DNA of 64,000 bases from Spizellomyces punctatus DAOM BR117. Taxonomy: Eukaryota. Location of the stretch: the NCBI GenBank assembly GCA_000182565.2, contig KQ257451.1; one strand, given 5' to 3'. Each line of letters starts with the position of its first letter. Positions within the stretch are counted from its first letter, which is position 1. The notes beneath the pieces are model-generated. The model did not search any database. It worked only from the letters and a program-made list of their open reading frames with translations, and was not told where the DNA came from. Shown one piece after another: positions 1-12,706 of the stretch. The position numbers and the translations under genes are program-made.

Positions 1-688
1 CATGCTGACTTGTCCATTACAAGGCCTACATCATGGGTTTGGGACAAGATTCACGTTTGTCTACAGGTCAAGGATGATAGCGTCAGGATGCGGAGGGTGA
101 ATACTGTGTGCTTACGAGTGCCCTGTAGTAACTGCATTAACCACTGTGCACTTCCCTTTAGCTCATTTATCTTGCGTATCTGATGAAATTCCATGGTTTC
201 AAAGACAAGGATTTGAACAGCCAGGCAGTTGGAAAGAGGCTCGGAGGAGCACCGCAGATTGTTGCGGAGAGGCTGATGAATGAATTCACAGAGTTTCAAG
301 AAGATGAGGGAAGGAGACGGTGAGTTGAGCTCTCGCATTGTGCTGTACCCTGCTATGCAGTGCTTATCGAAGTTGTATGTCAGATATCGAATGTCGCCCA
401 AGTTGCAAGATAAGCTGCGAGCTTACATATTGACTTTATGCCTGATTCTCAACGACTTCAAGGTGGACGCCAGTCAAATAGCACGGGACTTGGGTATAGC
501 AGTCAACAAGTAAGTCCAGAATATGCCAACCCCGCCGCCAGAGGTTTAACTGACGGGCAACCGCTAGAATGAACGACATTGCAAAAGAATTGGGATGCAA
601 ACACCAACAAGTCAAGAACGCCGAAGGCAAATCGACGAAGAGGATGGCGCTCACTGTTCCTCTTGTCTTCCCACAAAGAACACGTTGA
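1..688 (+). CDS. RPA49: RNA polymerase I subunit A49/PAF53-like, 3' part (gene begins before the window)
   Basis: Spliced C-terminus reads LQDKLRAYILTLCLILNDFKVDASQIARDLGIAVNK-MNDIAKELGCK...MALTVPLVFPQRTR*, matching the A49 tandem winged-helix C-terminus. GT-AG intron at ~510-568; stop at 686-688. Confidence 0.75.
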
Positions 689-1096
689 AGAGGCTTTCTC
701 TATGGTGGGCCGGTGCTCATGACTATAGATTCAATGCATATATAATTAGCGCCGATGTGAAAATCAATAGACTTGGGTTCGAAGTCTTATTATTTTCCAG
801 TTAGCCCATTCTGAGTCCCCCGGATGTTTTACATGGAATGATGCGCTATCCTGGGAAAAATATATACGGTTCACAATTTGCCGGGTAGCGTCTCCTGGTG
901 CTTAACTAGTAGTCATGAGCAGTAGGGACCTGCTCCTCACATCCAAAGGTGTACTTTTGGAGTGGGTATGCTCTAGACCAAGCTGTAAAAGCTCAAATCT
1001 AATGCAATAAGTAGCACAGCGGTAGGGGATGCTGTAGTGGATGTTCTTGTTATTTGATTCAAATATGAATTATCCAGTCGCTTCTCTGCGATCCTA

Positions 1097-3095
1097 TCAT
1101 TTGAGTCCCAATCCACCTATTCTCTTCGTCAAAAAGGCCACATCCTCGTCATCATTTTCACAGCCCATGACCAGAGCATCACCAAATTCAGCGTCTGTTT
1201 TGTTCTGTTTACTGATCTCCGACACAACAGGTCTCGGGGACAGAGCGCGGTCTCCGTCCAGCGTGTGATCTAAAGAATAAACCATGTATTTGTTCTTCTG
1301 TTTGTTTTTAGATTTTGATGTGGATACCATCGGGTAATTGTTCACGGGAATTGGTTGGTGGCAATTTCTGTTTCGCAGACTTTGGGGCGGGGCGTTTTCT
1401 TTGACGGTGGACGGCAATTTAACCCCGTTTGATTTTTCACTTTGAGCAGTGGGCAAAAGAGATACCCAGGAAGCTTTTAAGGTCCCTCCGACGGATTTCG
1501 TGGAACTACAATGAGATGTGATCAGTGAATTCTGATTCGAATCTTGCAGCGGCATCACGGACAAGGTGGCTCCTATGGATGGTGGGATATGTTCCCCGTC
1601 TTCATGCGATCTCATATGTGCTCTCAAAGTCTTTCGTTTTCCAATGGCGTCACCGTGACCTGCATTCGAGCGGCATGGCGGATCCATGCTTCGTTGCAAT
1701 TGCTCGGCAGTCAGCCCACTGTCGGTCTTCAGAGAAGTATCCTTCGCAATTCTGGTATCCTTCTGGTTCACGGAATGACCTTGTGATAACACTTCCACTG
1801 TCGCGGCTTTAACCAGATCTCGTGTGAGCATCTTCCTCAATCGCGGTTTTATTGTTGCCGTCTCCGTGCTATCTTTTCCCTTTAAATCGGCCCGCGTTGC
1901 CTTATTTACACTATTCTCATCGTTCTGCGATTCATCGGCCTGCATTTCCACCATTCCATGCGACGTAGCTGCAATGGTTATGTCATTCCTGCGAGCTTGA
2001 CCTCCGGTCCGCATCACGTTCATCCGTCCATTCATCGCCATAATGAGATCTCCCCATCTCAAAGGCACACGACATAACGGACATGTTCCCATCACAGGTA
2101 ATAGTTCAGAAGAATGATCTGACCCCAAGCGCTCGGCAGCCTCTTCTGAGAGAAACCATGAAGATAAACAAACGAGGTGAGCAATCATCGGACATTGATC
2201 TCTACTACAGCACAGCCAGTCGGATGGTTGTTCGATCTCAATGGATTCAAGGCACACAACGCAGTCGTGCTCTATGCTGGGCATGTCGAGTTTCGAAGCG
2301 ACTAGGGCCCCTGCCGCAAAATGCACATCGTTAGTAACCCTCAGCGTAATTATAGTACGACATGTAATTAGAAGAATAACATTACCTTCCTCCTTTCTAA
2401 TGTCTCTCCCTACTTCCACAAGTGTGCCATGGGCTATGCCAATATGTCTCGGCGGCGCACTTGGAAGCTGTCCAAACATGGATGCAGCAACCGTGGATGT
2501 GAAATGAATATTCAATGGCCACCTTGACCATTGCTCTAGATGGAGCATATCTGAAAGGACTCGTAGTTTGATTGGCAGCATCATTTCCTTTCTGGTACCT
2601 TTGTAGGCACCAGGATATGCGGCTGAAAAGTGCCGGGACAGGTGCGGTTTTTGCCAAGCCCACTCGAACTTCCAGTCAGTCAGAAAATGCTGTCTGTCAG
2701 CCTTACTCCTGAACTGAAAATAATGTGGGTTTTCATTTAGATATTTACCTGTAAAGCAGCATATTTATTTGGAAAACCGTAAACGACCACGACCATATCC
2801 CCTAGATAAAACACGTTAGGCTTCGCGAACAAGGCTCGCGGAGTGTGTCAATTCTAAACCTACAAGGGCGCTTCTTCTCAGTTTTTTTTGCCCCTCCCTT
2901 TATCTCTCCATTATGCTGCCTTAGTCGTCTGACGGGATCGGGAGTAGAGCCCACATATGCATGGTTGGTGCATCCTTCCTTCAGCGAGGACAGTAAGTAG
3001 CATCCGTAAAAGGTCGGCGAGAGCTGCGACAGGACGGGCTGAGGTACGGTTTCAGCAGCTTGGGACGAGATAGAGGCTGTTGTATCGTCCGTCAT
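1097..3095 (-). CDS. SLX1: Structure-specific endonuclease subunit SLX1 (GIY-YIG + C-terminal RING-like Zn finger)
   Basis: [10 protein letters not shown]...[35 protein letters not shown] and ALQFEWAWQ across three exons; CxxC...HLVCL...CPLC Zn finger; long low-complexity tail. Confidence 0.93.
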
Positions 3096-3676
3096 GGGCT
3101 GCCTTCAGTCAACCTTCAGTTTGTGCAGCATGACTATGTGGTCTCTGCGATCGTGAACGCGCGCGCGATCTACAACTTGCGATTGCAAAAAGTCCGGCAC
3201 CATTGCAGGGTCGTGCGGTAACTCGCAAACGGAATGGTTTTACAGGGTTCCTTGTAGATTATATTCATATTGTAATATTGGGATTTTCACATCTCAACTG
3301 ATTAAAATCTATGTGGTTTATGTTTCTCACTCAAACTGATAATTCAGTACGGTTTTGCCCATAAATCATAGTGTACCCTTGCAGCTTCTGGTGCGCTTCC
3401 AAGCGGCTCTCGCTGAAAAGAGGAACAGTATAAAAAGCACGATAACCCATATTATGTCAATAACATCTACTCTGCGCTTCTGCGCTTATGACCCCAGATA
3501 CCGCCAGACGACTTCATTCGGAATCAGATATGTTTATGGAGCAGGCATGGGTTAATAACCGATGTTTTGAGCAAGCAAGAACGATGGGATGACGAGAAAT
3601 GACGATACTAAAAAGTCGTAAATATCTTAAAATAAATTACATATATAAACATTCCTTATAATGTATATTTGCAAGT

Positions 3677-5026
3677 TCAGAACCGGATTCGTACGACTTC
3701 TCGCCGTACGGACTGTGTCTCAACCCACACCGTCCCAATTTCTCTTGCCCCCCGCTGTCGTACGAGATGCAGAAATGTGGGAAGTGATCCTGAACAACCG
3801 AAATACGTCGTCTTTGCGGCCACAAACCTAGTTTGATATGTTCAACAAAGAGGAAAGCGAAAGCGTAGTCTCGAAAGAATAGAACCTACAGAACCCCATC
3901 GGTCTTGAGAGTGGCTTGTATCAAGTCAAGTAGTCGAGCGTGTGACTCGGATGCGTAGATTGTCTCCGATGTGAGGACAATGTCGTACTTGTCATCTTCG
4001 GCAAGTGTTGCTAATGTTTCCTGTTCGACAGACACGTTAGGGGCATGTACATATGAACCACATAGCAAGGTTCCATAATCTACCTTCAGTGATCCCCAAT
4101 CTCCAGCCCAAAAGCGCGAAGGAATATTTGACAGTGTTGAGAAGTCCAATTCAGCATCGAAGGTCACGGATGTATGTGTGGGTGGGTTGGATGGGCGCTG
4201 CGTCGTGTTGAGCAGTACGTTTGGGATGGTAACGAGGCGGAGCACGTCTTCGTTCTGATTGAATAGGAGGTCGACGTCAGATAAGAAATTAAGAGGGTGT
4301 GGTAGTGAATGAAATGGGAGAGACTCACGTAGTCTTGAAAATCAACCACGGCGTCCTGTGTCAGACAGAAGATGCCTGGTAATGAGGATCCACACCCCAG
4401 CTGTTAGACATATGTGAGAAGCAGTCGAACTTCAGCATCGCGAGGACGTGGGATCGCACCTCTATGACTCGCTTCCCATGTAGCTCTGCTGGGTCTAAGG
4501 ATGCAAGATAGTTGACCAGGTCTACTGCACACTCCCAGGTTTTCAATCCTCCTGGATAAACACATTTATCACTTGGTATTCTCTGCGAGGAATTGAACCG
4601 AGTAATTTTACCTTCATATACTCCAGGAATCAAGTCCGTCTGTGACACAACAACGTTCGCCAATAAGTTACCATCCTCAAGATCATCCGTTTCCGCGATT
4701 TCGAACTTTATATCCGCAACATTTCTTTTGAGCAAGCTCCCTGCCATTGTTGGGACAACTTCCCCGATTACTTGTATGTGTTTTTCAAGCTTCATTTCGA
4801 TACGATTAGTCTCCACTAACGTCGAGATAACGATTTTCATCCCTTACAAGATCTGCGTCCAGGGCAATGTGCCTACAGGGCGCCAATGGCGAGGAAACGG
4901 CATTGTCTTCGGCCGCCGGCGACGTTTCAGATTCCTAAAAAATACGACCCATATTAGACCACTGTTGTGCAGTGTAAATTCATCGGGCTCAAGGGGTCGC
5001 ACCTGGCCGAAACTGAACAAGAACAT
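3677..5026 (-). CDS. HPM1: Histidine protein methyltransferase 1 (HPM1/METTL18, Methyltransf_16 family)
   Basis: N-terminal MFLFSF exon, then DLIPGVYEGGLKTWECAVDL, RFWAGDW, YDIVLTSETIY, and last exon FVAAKTTYFG...RREV*. Multi-exon. Confidence 0.88.
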
Positions 5027-5215
5027 CGTTGTTTGCTGGCTGTATCAGCACCGTCAACCTAATCCTTGAGGGCACTACGTTGCTATGCGCGGTCGTTAAG
5101 GAAGCTCGAAGTGTGGCTTCAACTGATTACGTGAAGCGCGTTTAATCGCGGCGTCCCTAACGTCGCTGAACCGTGGCTGAACCGTCGCTGAACCGTTCGA
5201 CTAGGCGATCTTGTA

Positions 5216-8200
5216 ATGGGAGAAGTAGCGCATAACTTGGCGACATTAAAATGGCTTGATGAGCTACTGGGTGGCGATGGGCTGACGCTAGATGATGTCA
5301 AGGAAGGATTCGCTTTATTGCAGGTGTGCCATGTCGGCCTGTGGATGGGTTTCTCAAGGTTCCTAACGACCATCTGTTCCAGCTATTGTCCCTCTTATCA
5401 CCTACTTCCGTCAACCTTGCATGGTACTCTACTACTTCCGCATTTGAATGTGCAAACATTAAGGAACGGATTTACGATGACCTTCTTGCTGGTGTTAAGA
5501 AAATGGGGCTTCATGAAACAGCTTTGGGAGATGATGTTATCATACAGGCACGGAATGGAGAGGACGGTGCGTGCTTGGAGGTATTGAGAGTCTTGAAAAA
5601 GCAATATGAGGGAGAGGGGAGGGGAGTGGTCAATGACGACGATCGCGGTGATACGAGACCTGGCGAGGGTAGGATGCTGGAATCGGAATTGGCAGGTGTC
5701 GAGGGTGATGGGGATTACGAGGTTACGGAGGTACGCCTATTGAAAGGTTCAGGCAGACTCGTCCTAGCAAAGAATGACGTCGTTATCCAGCTATCGTTCA
5801 AACCCGCCGTAAGATGGCTTCTGCGTTTCGTTCAACATACGCAAGCGGACAATAAAACCGATTTTGATGCTCTTCTTCAAGACTTGACGGGCGCGGTATG
5901 CTGATGTATAGTTTTTCTGTGTTTTTTATATTCCTTTTCTTATGGCTTATTCTGGACCATATCACACCAGTCTAAAGTCATTCCGCGCGCTGGTATCATC
6001 CCAATCTTGTGCAAGGGCCACCTTTACCGCCTCGCAGCCACAGCCCTCTTTGGATGTACATGTGCTGACTACCTAGATGAACTGACAAAAAATGGATACC
6101 TTAAATTCAAAGCGAGCCTGAAAGAGTCTGTTAGGGGAATGATTGCGGACGATACACCTTTCTATGAGGTTAGCATCAGATTGCATTCCTTGTGGTGGCG
6201 AGTATTAACGAACTTGTAGAGCATACATTGTAATCTGATTGAAGCACTTATGGCTGCGAGCTGTGCCGACGTGTCTGTCGGGAACATTGTAGATCATATT
6301 GGGTGAGTTCTCTTTCACTACCTGCACAAAGGGACGACTATTTGACTTGTGTCTCGAAGAAAGCGTTTCACCACATTTGATGTCTCGTCTATCTATCCGT
6401 ACGATCTCGAAGATGCACTACTGGTGTGGGCTAACCGATGCGTAATTGAAATGCGGGAAACAACTGGAATGGAGAGCGTACGGGAGCTTGAAGAGCTTGT
6501 AAAGGACTTGAGCGATGGGGTGATACTGTGCGGTATGGTGCGGTACTACTTTCCGGCCCTAGGCATATTGGGTATGTCGAAGTTTACTTAGTTAATCTTT
6601 GAGTTTGCATTTATGTCTCACGTTTTTCTTTCGAGCTGATAGAACCCCAACCGCCCCAGTGTGCTGATCGGGCAAACTACTGGAGGATTTTGGCAACGGC
6701 TTTCGATCAATTGAAAGGCGCTTACACAACCTGGGATGCTGAAGAACTAGCGACTGTCAGCGTTGATTTTGGAGCAGGAGCCGGTCCTATTCGGCGCTTG
6801 ATTATGACGATCCTGTGTCAGCTTTTTAGACTCTGTAAGGAGCTGACGTACACAAATGATGGAGCTCCAGTTGCAACAACAGTGCTGATTGAGCTGACAG
6901 CAGCCGAGAAGGAGGTGCCACTGAGTACTTCAAAATCGATGCGAGAAGAACAGAAACAATGCAACAAGCCCTACACGTCCAAACCTAACCCATTAAAAAA
7001 AACATCGAAATCGACGCAGAAAAAAAAACTGGAAGCAGGCCAAACGGCCCCACATGAAATTAGAAGTTCCAATACTGCCTCGTCCGGTGATAGTGCAAAA
7101 GCAGAGAGGATGCCCGTAGCCGCTCTGTCAAAACCCATGGAAGACCCTGACAAGGTGGAGCAAATCGACGGTGCTACCTCGAAGGAAGACTGCGAAATCG
7201 CCATGCTAGGGGACGGAGAAGAACACCAATTAGTCGCACATCAAGCTGGTATTGCGAAAGTTAGCGACAAACCGTTCACCAAAAAAGCAACCTCTTCAAA
7301 TAGCTCTGAAGAACCGGCACTAGACGCAGGCTACCACAATGGAACCATAATGAATGGTGGCACTATACTTACAGCTTCTTGCAGCCCAGCAAACTTGTCG
7401 ATACTTGACGCACGACCCAACAGCTGTGCAAATGCCACTGTGTCGGCTGAACTTCAGCCGGCTGAAACAGGGCATGATATTGCCATCGGAGGGCAGGATA
7501 TCGAGTATCAGAAAGCGCATGGATCAACCGACGACGTCGCCGAGACAATCAGCGACGAAGATACATCTCAACCTCCTGCCGTTAATGACACCAAGAAAAT
7601 CGCGGAAATTTCGCCCTCCGGTTCGTACATTAAGCAACTAAAGCCAAACGGCATTTCCACTCCGGCACACACACGCAAACCTACTGCGATAATCAATGAA
7701 TTCAAAGTCACATCTACCAGGGCAGATGCACCACTGAAAGTATTAAGTTCACATCAAGCAGGAAAGAAGTCTCGAACGCGCCGCCCCCGCGAAAGTGCTC
7801 CCCATTATGTAGAATGGGAAGATGAGTTCGGTTTGAGCCATATGCCTACCTTTCCTTCCCTACCTGTTCGCACCCAAGAGATCAGAGAGCAGGAACAGGT
7901 GGTTAGTTTACCACCAATACAAATATCGAAAGCGGAGACTGCCACCTTGCGATTTTCAACATCCGTGGATAAGTTACCGGACATCGCAAACAAGACTTCA
8001 GTCGTAGGAAGTGAATGTAGACGTGACGTTGAGGTTTCACAACTTCCTATTAACCTGAATCAAAAAGCGGGTGATCGAAAGATGCGGGACGAAAGTCAGT
8101 ATAGACTACGCCTTCGTGATACATCCGTAGAGAATTTCATCGAACGCCATCCGACCAAACTAGCAACTGAAGCTTCGCAACAAGAGTCAGACAAAGATGA

Positions 8201-10115
8201 TGAGCTAAGGGATAGTCGTTATGGCTCCCGCGAAGGTGTGGAAATCAAGACATGGACTGAGCAACTACCTGTACCACATCACCAGCTAGATACTGTTGCT
8301 GCGAGAGAAATTGAGCGCGGTGATGTTATATCTGAGTTGAGGGAAGACGGGAGGATTGTGGTGCATCAGCTTGCTCAGTCGCTTTTGGTAGATAGCGATG
8401 ATGACACGACACAACATGAGGATACCAAGGGGGTGCGCACATGTGATCAACAGCAGCTGAGTGGATATCCAAAAGAAGAGAACCTGCCTATCGAAAAGAT
8501 GGTGAAAGAATTCACCAACCGGCCGTCATCTACAAAATCCCTTCCTTCCACATCCACCTGGCTGCCAACGAAGGAGGATGACGAAGAATGGGTAACAGAA
8601 GATGAGGGGTCAGAAGAAGATAAAGATGCAGAATGGACGACGGACGATGAAGAGGAACATACGAGCAATAATCAGCAGACAACGTCTCCTGCCTTCGCAC
8701 CTCAACAAACCTCTCCAAGAAGATGCTCGTTCATACCACGTCCCCCAGTCATAAATAAACCTAATCAAACCGTATCCCAACCTACGCGCCCTTTCGCACC
8801 GCCCACCATAAAGGCCAGTGAATTTAGCATTGCCCCTGCTGCCGAATCAAGCACGCAGGCATCCCCAGCGCCCGTTTCAAGGCAGCACCCACTTGACCTT
8901 GACGAACAGGAAAGCTCAGAACATCCCAAGTCCAATCTATATGCAGGCGCGTCGTCCAAGGGAACGCACCCTCCAACTGGACTGATGCATTACCCTCTTG
9001 ATGACACATCATCATCAAGCGATGAAGAGTTGGATGCCCCGCCCGATGCAATGCAATCAAACCCTGCCATGTCAAATTCAGATGCTGGTGACCAGCTCTC
9101 CATAGGTGTCATGCCCCGTACACCTATCAACTCCAATGTGCAGTCCGGGCCCAGGAAATGTCCGCCAGCTGGGCTACTGCACTATCCCGTGCAGTCCCCA
9201 GTATCGTCGAATGATGATGAGGTTCCCCTTCCTGATGACGAAAAGCTCACTCAGTCAACACCCCGTGTTCAGAAACCTTCCGAGAGATTGGCACAGCTCA
9301 AGGTTCTTATAAAGTCTTTGCCCTCACAGACATCTACCGAGTTCATTAAATTTAGCTCTTATTGTTATTAGACAAAAAAGCTCGAATCATTCAAGCGGAT
9401 GGAGGCTGCTAGGAAGGCTGAGCGAGAAAGGGCCAACAAAGCACGAGAAGAGGATCAGAAGGCCAAGGAGGAGATGAGACGGTTGGTTAATATTCTTTGG
9501 TTGACTCGTCGACAGAAATATCTGACTAGCCCTTCAACAGGCAAAGAGAAGCCGAACAGCGTCAACTACTTTTAAAAAAGAAAGCGCTCCGTGCGCAAAA
9601 GCCAATCAACGCATCACTTGCGCCATCAAAAACACCTCCACCAAAACCTTTGAAACAGCCTAAAGAACAATCTAATCGTCTTCTGATCCGAAATGCACTT
9701 ATACATGTTTGTTTAGCTGGTGCAGTTAATGAACAGACGAAGCAGGAAGTTTTGGAGGTACGTGAGAGCCTCTTTTACCAGATCCGATTCAGAGAAATAG
9801 TGGCTTGAACTCTTATTTCCTCAGGACTTGAGCACAAGCCCATCAACTCACTTTATCATCCTCTTTCGGGACGTCAAAAATCATTCGTTCCGAGGTTTAT
9901 ACTCTTATGACCCTGAACTTGACCACGCGCTGAGGTTATATGGTGTAGGACCGGATGTCCTAGATACACATAGCGTGGCCGAGTTTTACAAGTACGACTC
10001 TGGGGCACGAACGTTCAAGTCCCTTCCGACGAAGAGCTTTGGGCGTAGTGTACATGGAGTTGCTATTGCACGGGAGATGGGGAAGAGGAAGCTTAGGGTT
10101 CGAGGTGCACCGTAG
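5216..10115 (+). CDS. CAMSAP/Patronin-like microtubule minus-end-binding protein (CAMSAP-type CH domain, long disordered linker, coiled coil, C-terminal CKK domain)
   Basis: CH motif PYDLEDALLVWANRC...KDLSDGVILCGMVRYYFP. CKK motif SNRLLIRNALIHVCLAGAVNE...HFIILFRD....FRGLYSY...LYGVGP...FYKYDSGARTFKSLPTKSF. Multiple short introns; exon boundaries in the 5' part are less certain. Confidence 0.88.
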
Positions 10116-11236
10116 GACGGGAAGAAGGAACGTACGGATACTATCATTCGCGGATACTAACTGTGATGGCCACTAGCTTTGGACAATGGCGGGGATCCGA
10201 TTAATTTTGGGCAATAGCACTCTTTACATGATGGCAATCCGTGCCCGATTCCACTTGTGCGAGCCTTTGAATAGTCTGCCACCATTCCCCCGCAGAAACC
10301 GCACAGGCCCCATGCAAAACGGAAAAGAACATCCTTCTGATATTATAAGCCACGCTGCTGATGGCGGGATTGCCGATCCGAGTCTCCGTGTGGATAGAAG
10401 AGACCTTGTATTTTTACATCAGGTCAAATAAAGAGCGAACAGGACCTCCTTTTCTTGAACACCTAAGGGGATTAACCTGAAAGAATTGTTAGAGGACCTT
10501 GAAGTAGAATGTGCGCTAAAAGGGATTGGTCTTGATAGGATTTCGCTGCACCCTCTGCTTGGGATGGAAAGGCGCGGATCGTTTATACGCCAAAAGAATC
10601 ACAAACTTCATTATTCGGTGTTCCCCCCAAAAGGGTATGCTGCTGTCTAATGACAAATGTCCCCAGCGAGATTACGACCAAAGACCAGCTAGGCGTCATC
10701 ACAATATGCAGATTTTTAGGATTTGAACAGTCACATAACTGTCTACGACGACTTCCTGAAAGCAGATTCTACTTTGTAAGCACCACAGTTTTGTAGCCTT
10801 CTGCATGTGGAGCACCAGGTTCTCAGCCCTATAGTCTAAAGGTATGTGTGTTGAATCATATTTAGAATGCCCTTTCTACGCTATTTCACGAAAAAACCTG
10901 GCAAATTGCCCCGACCGATCACATTTGCTGCAACCTAACTTATAGAAGACCTAGCGGGAAGATATCCTTTCGCAACTCATCTTAAAGTTTCCGTTTTTCC
11001 GTGCATGATGAATGAATAACTAAAATTAACTTTGATGCAACAAACTACACGGAATATACAGGTTTTTTGTTGATATTTACGTCTTGATTCTGTTATCATA
11101 CGAGCTGTTTACAAAGTGCCCCCCTAACTCTTGGATGTGATTGTAAAAACAAATCCCCCAAATACCCTGAATCCGACCTTACCTAATCCTCAACCTGTGG
11201 AGCACCCAACCAGGAAAACACTGCTACCTTCCCCAA

Positions 11237-11918
11237 ATGTCAAACTTCCCCCTCGTCCTCCCGCCAACGCCTTTCGCCATGCCTCCTACGACCACCAGCA
11301 CCATCTCCGGCACAGATATCCGACCTACCCGCCGGTCTTCAACTCGCCCAACAACAGTAACAGTATACCTCCACCTTCCTACCAGCCCCGGTCCCAAAAC
11401 CAGAATTGCATTACTGGAAGGCTACGACCGGACAACGTGTGCAGACTTGTGTCATTTGGTTAAAGCATGTCCGGTTTTCAAGCCTTTCTTGAGCGAGGAT
11501 GTTCTGTTACGTGTATGCTGTGCGGGGAGTGTAGAGTGGGAGGGCGAGAAAAGTTTGAAGACGCTTGACAAGCTAGGGGTGGGACGAGAGGGGGAATGCG
11601 TAGTGTGCTTGATTTATGGTGAGAAGCAATGGGTTTCAGTTTTACGGTGCTGCTGTTGGGACCAGTAAGCTGACTTCGTTCTCATGCAGATCAGAAGCTG
11701 GATCCTGGTGGCATTACACCTAAAAAAGCAGTGGCAAAAGCTGCGGTGAGTACTTATTCCTCGTCGTGAACAGTTGAGCATTTGTAAGTGTTGCCCGTCT
11801 AATTGTACACCTCGCAGAACGCCTTGATATCAGACGTAAGCGACGCCTTCCGGCGAACCGACTTTCGGTTTGGCAAGTTTCTGAAATTTGGGAATGCTGG
11901 AAAGATTGGAATTGAATA
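11237..11918 (+). CDS. Hypothetical small protein, possibly a beta-grasp/ubiquitin-like domain
   Basis: ORF from 11237 with canonical introns (gtgaga...tgcag at ~11619-11689; gtgagt...cgcag at ~11746-11817). Pattern VTVYLHL...TTCADLCHLVK...KTLDKLGV resembles a Ubl fold. No family recognised; the 3' end is approximate. Confidence 0.45.
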
Positions 11919-12706
11919 AATAACCGAATGAAAGAAATACCTTCGTGTGCAGTCTGGCGGGTTTTCTATCGCAGGCTTTGTTTACCATCTTGGCGTAGTG
12001 AATGATAATTAAGATTATTATGGTGATGATACCATCCATATCAAATCCTTTGTCTGGCGTAAAAGTCAATGTCCTTGACAAGGAAGATCAGAAAGGCACA
12101 GCACAAGACCATGCTAGCTACGTTCCAAGTTGGTATTAGGCTAGAACAGCTGGGTCACATTTTCAGAAGACTCTGGGAAGACATTCTGGCCCTTTCGAGT
12201 AAACGATGCCGCGCTGAAAGCAGCTATGAAAAGTAGTAGAAGACCAGACGGTACAATTAGGGTTCATAAGCCATGTTCCATTCAAATTGTGCCAACATTC
12301 AGATGATATCCGAGGATCGAGCACCAGTGGTTATTTGACAGCTCTTATGGGCCAAAGTGTCATTCATATGAGATCTGGGAGGGCGCTCAGATTTGAAGTC
12401 TTACGCCCAGAGAAAGTATCTTATCTTACCGTATATTACGAAAAGGCGAAAGGATGTAGGCAGGAAGACCGCAACAGGAAGAAGCAAGTTGAGCCAACAC
12501 ATATTCTAGTAGCACACTTAAGCGGTTTTTTATTTTCTGATAATAGAGTATTTTTAATTTTCGTTTTGTTACAGTTCTGCCTAGAGTTTCTACTTTCTTA
12601 AATAGTTTCTACGGGTTTTCTATTGTTTTATTTCTATCATTACGCTTTTTGAAATGTTGGTGATTTTCTTTATGTTTTTGTTTAGGCGAACTGGTTGTTT
12701 AGGTTT

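Noticed and set aside
2560-2670. Apparent frameshift in SLX1 between FEWAWQ and MMLPIKL
   Set aside because: Careful translation shows a continuous frame ([11 protein letters not shown]); the ORF track only starts at the first ATG.
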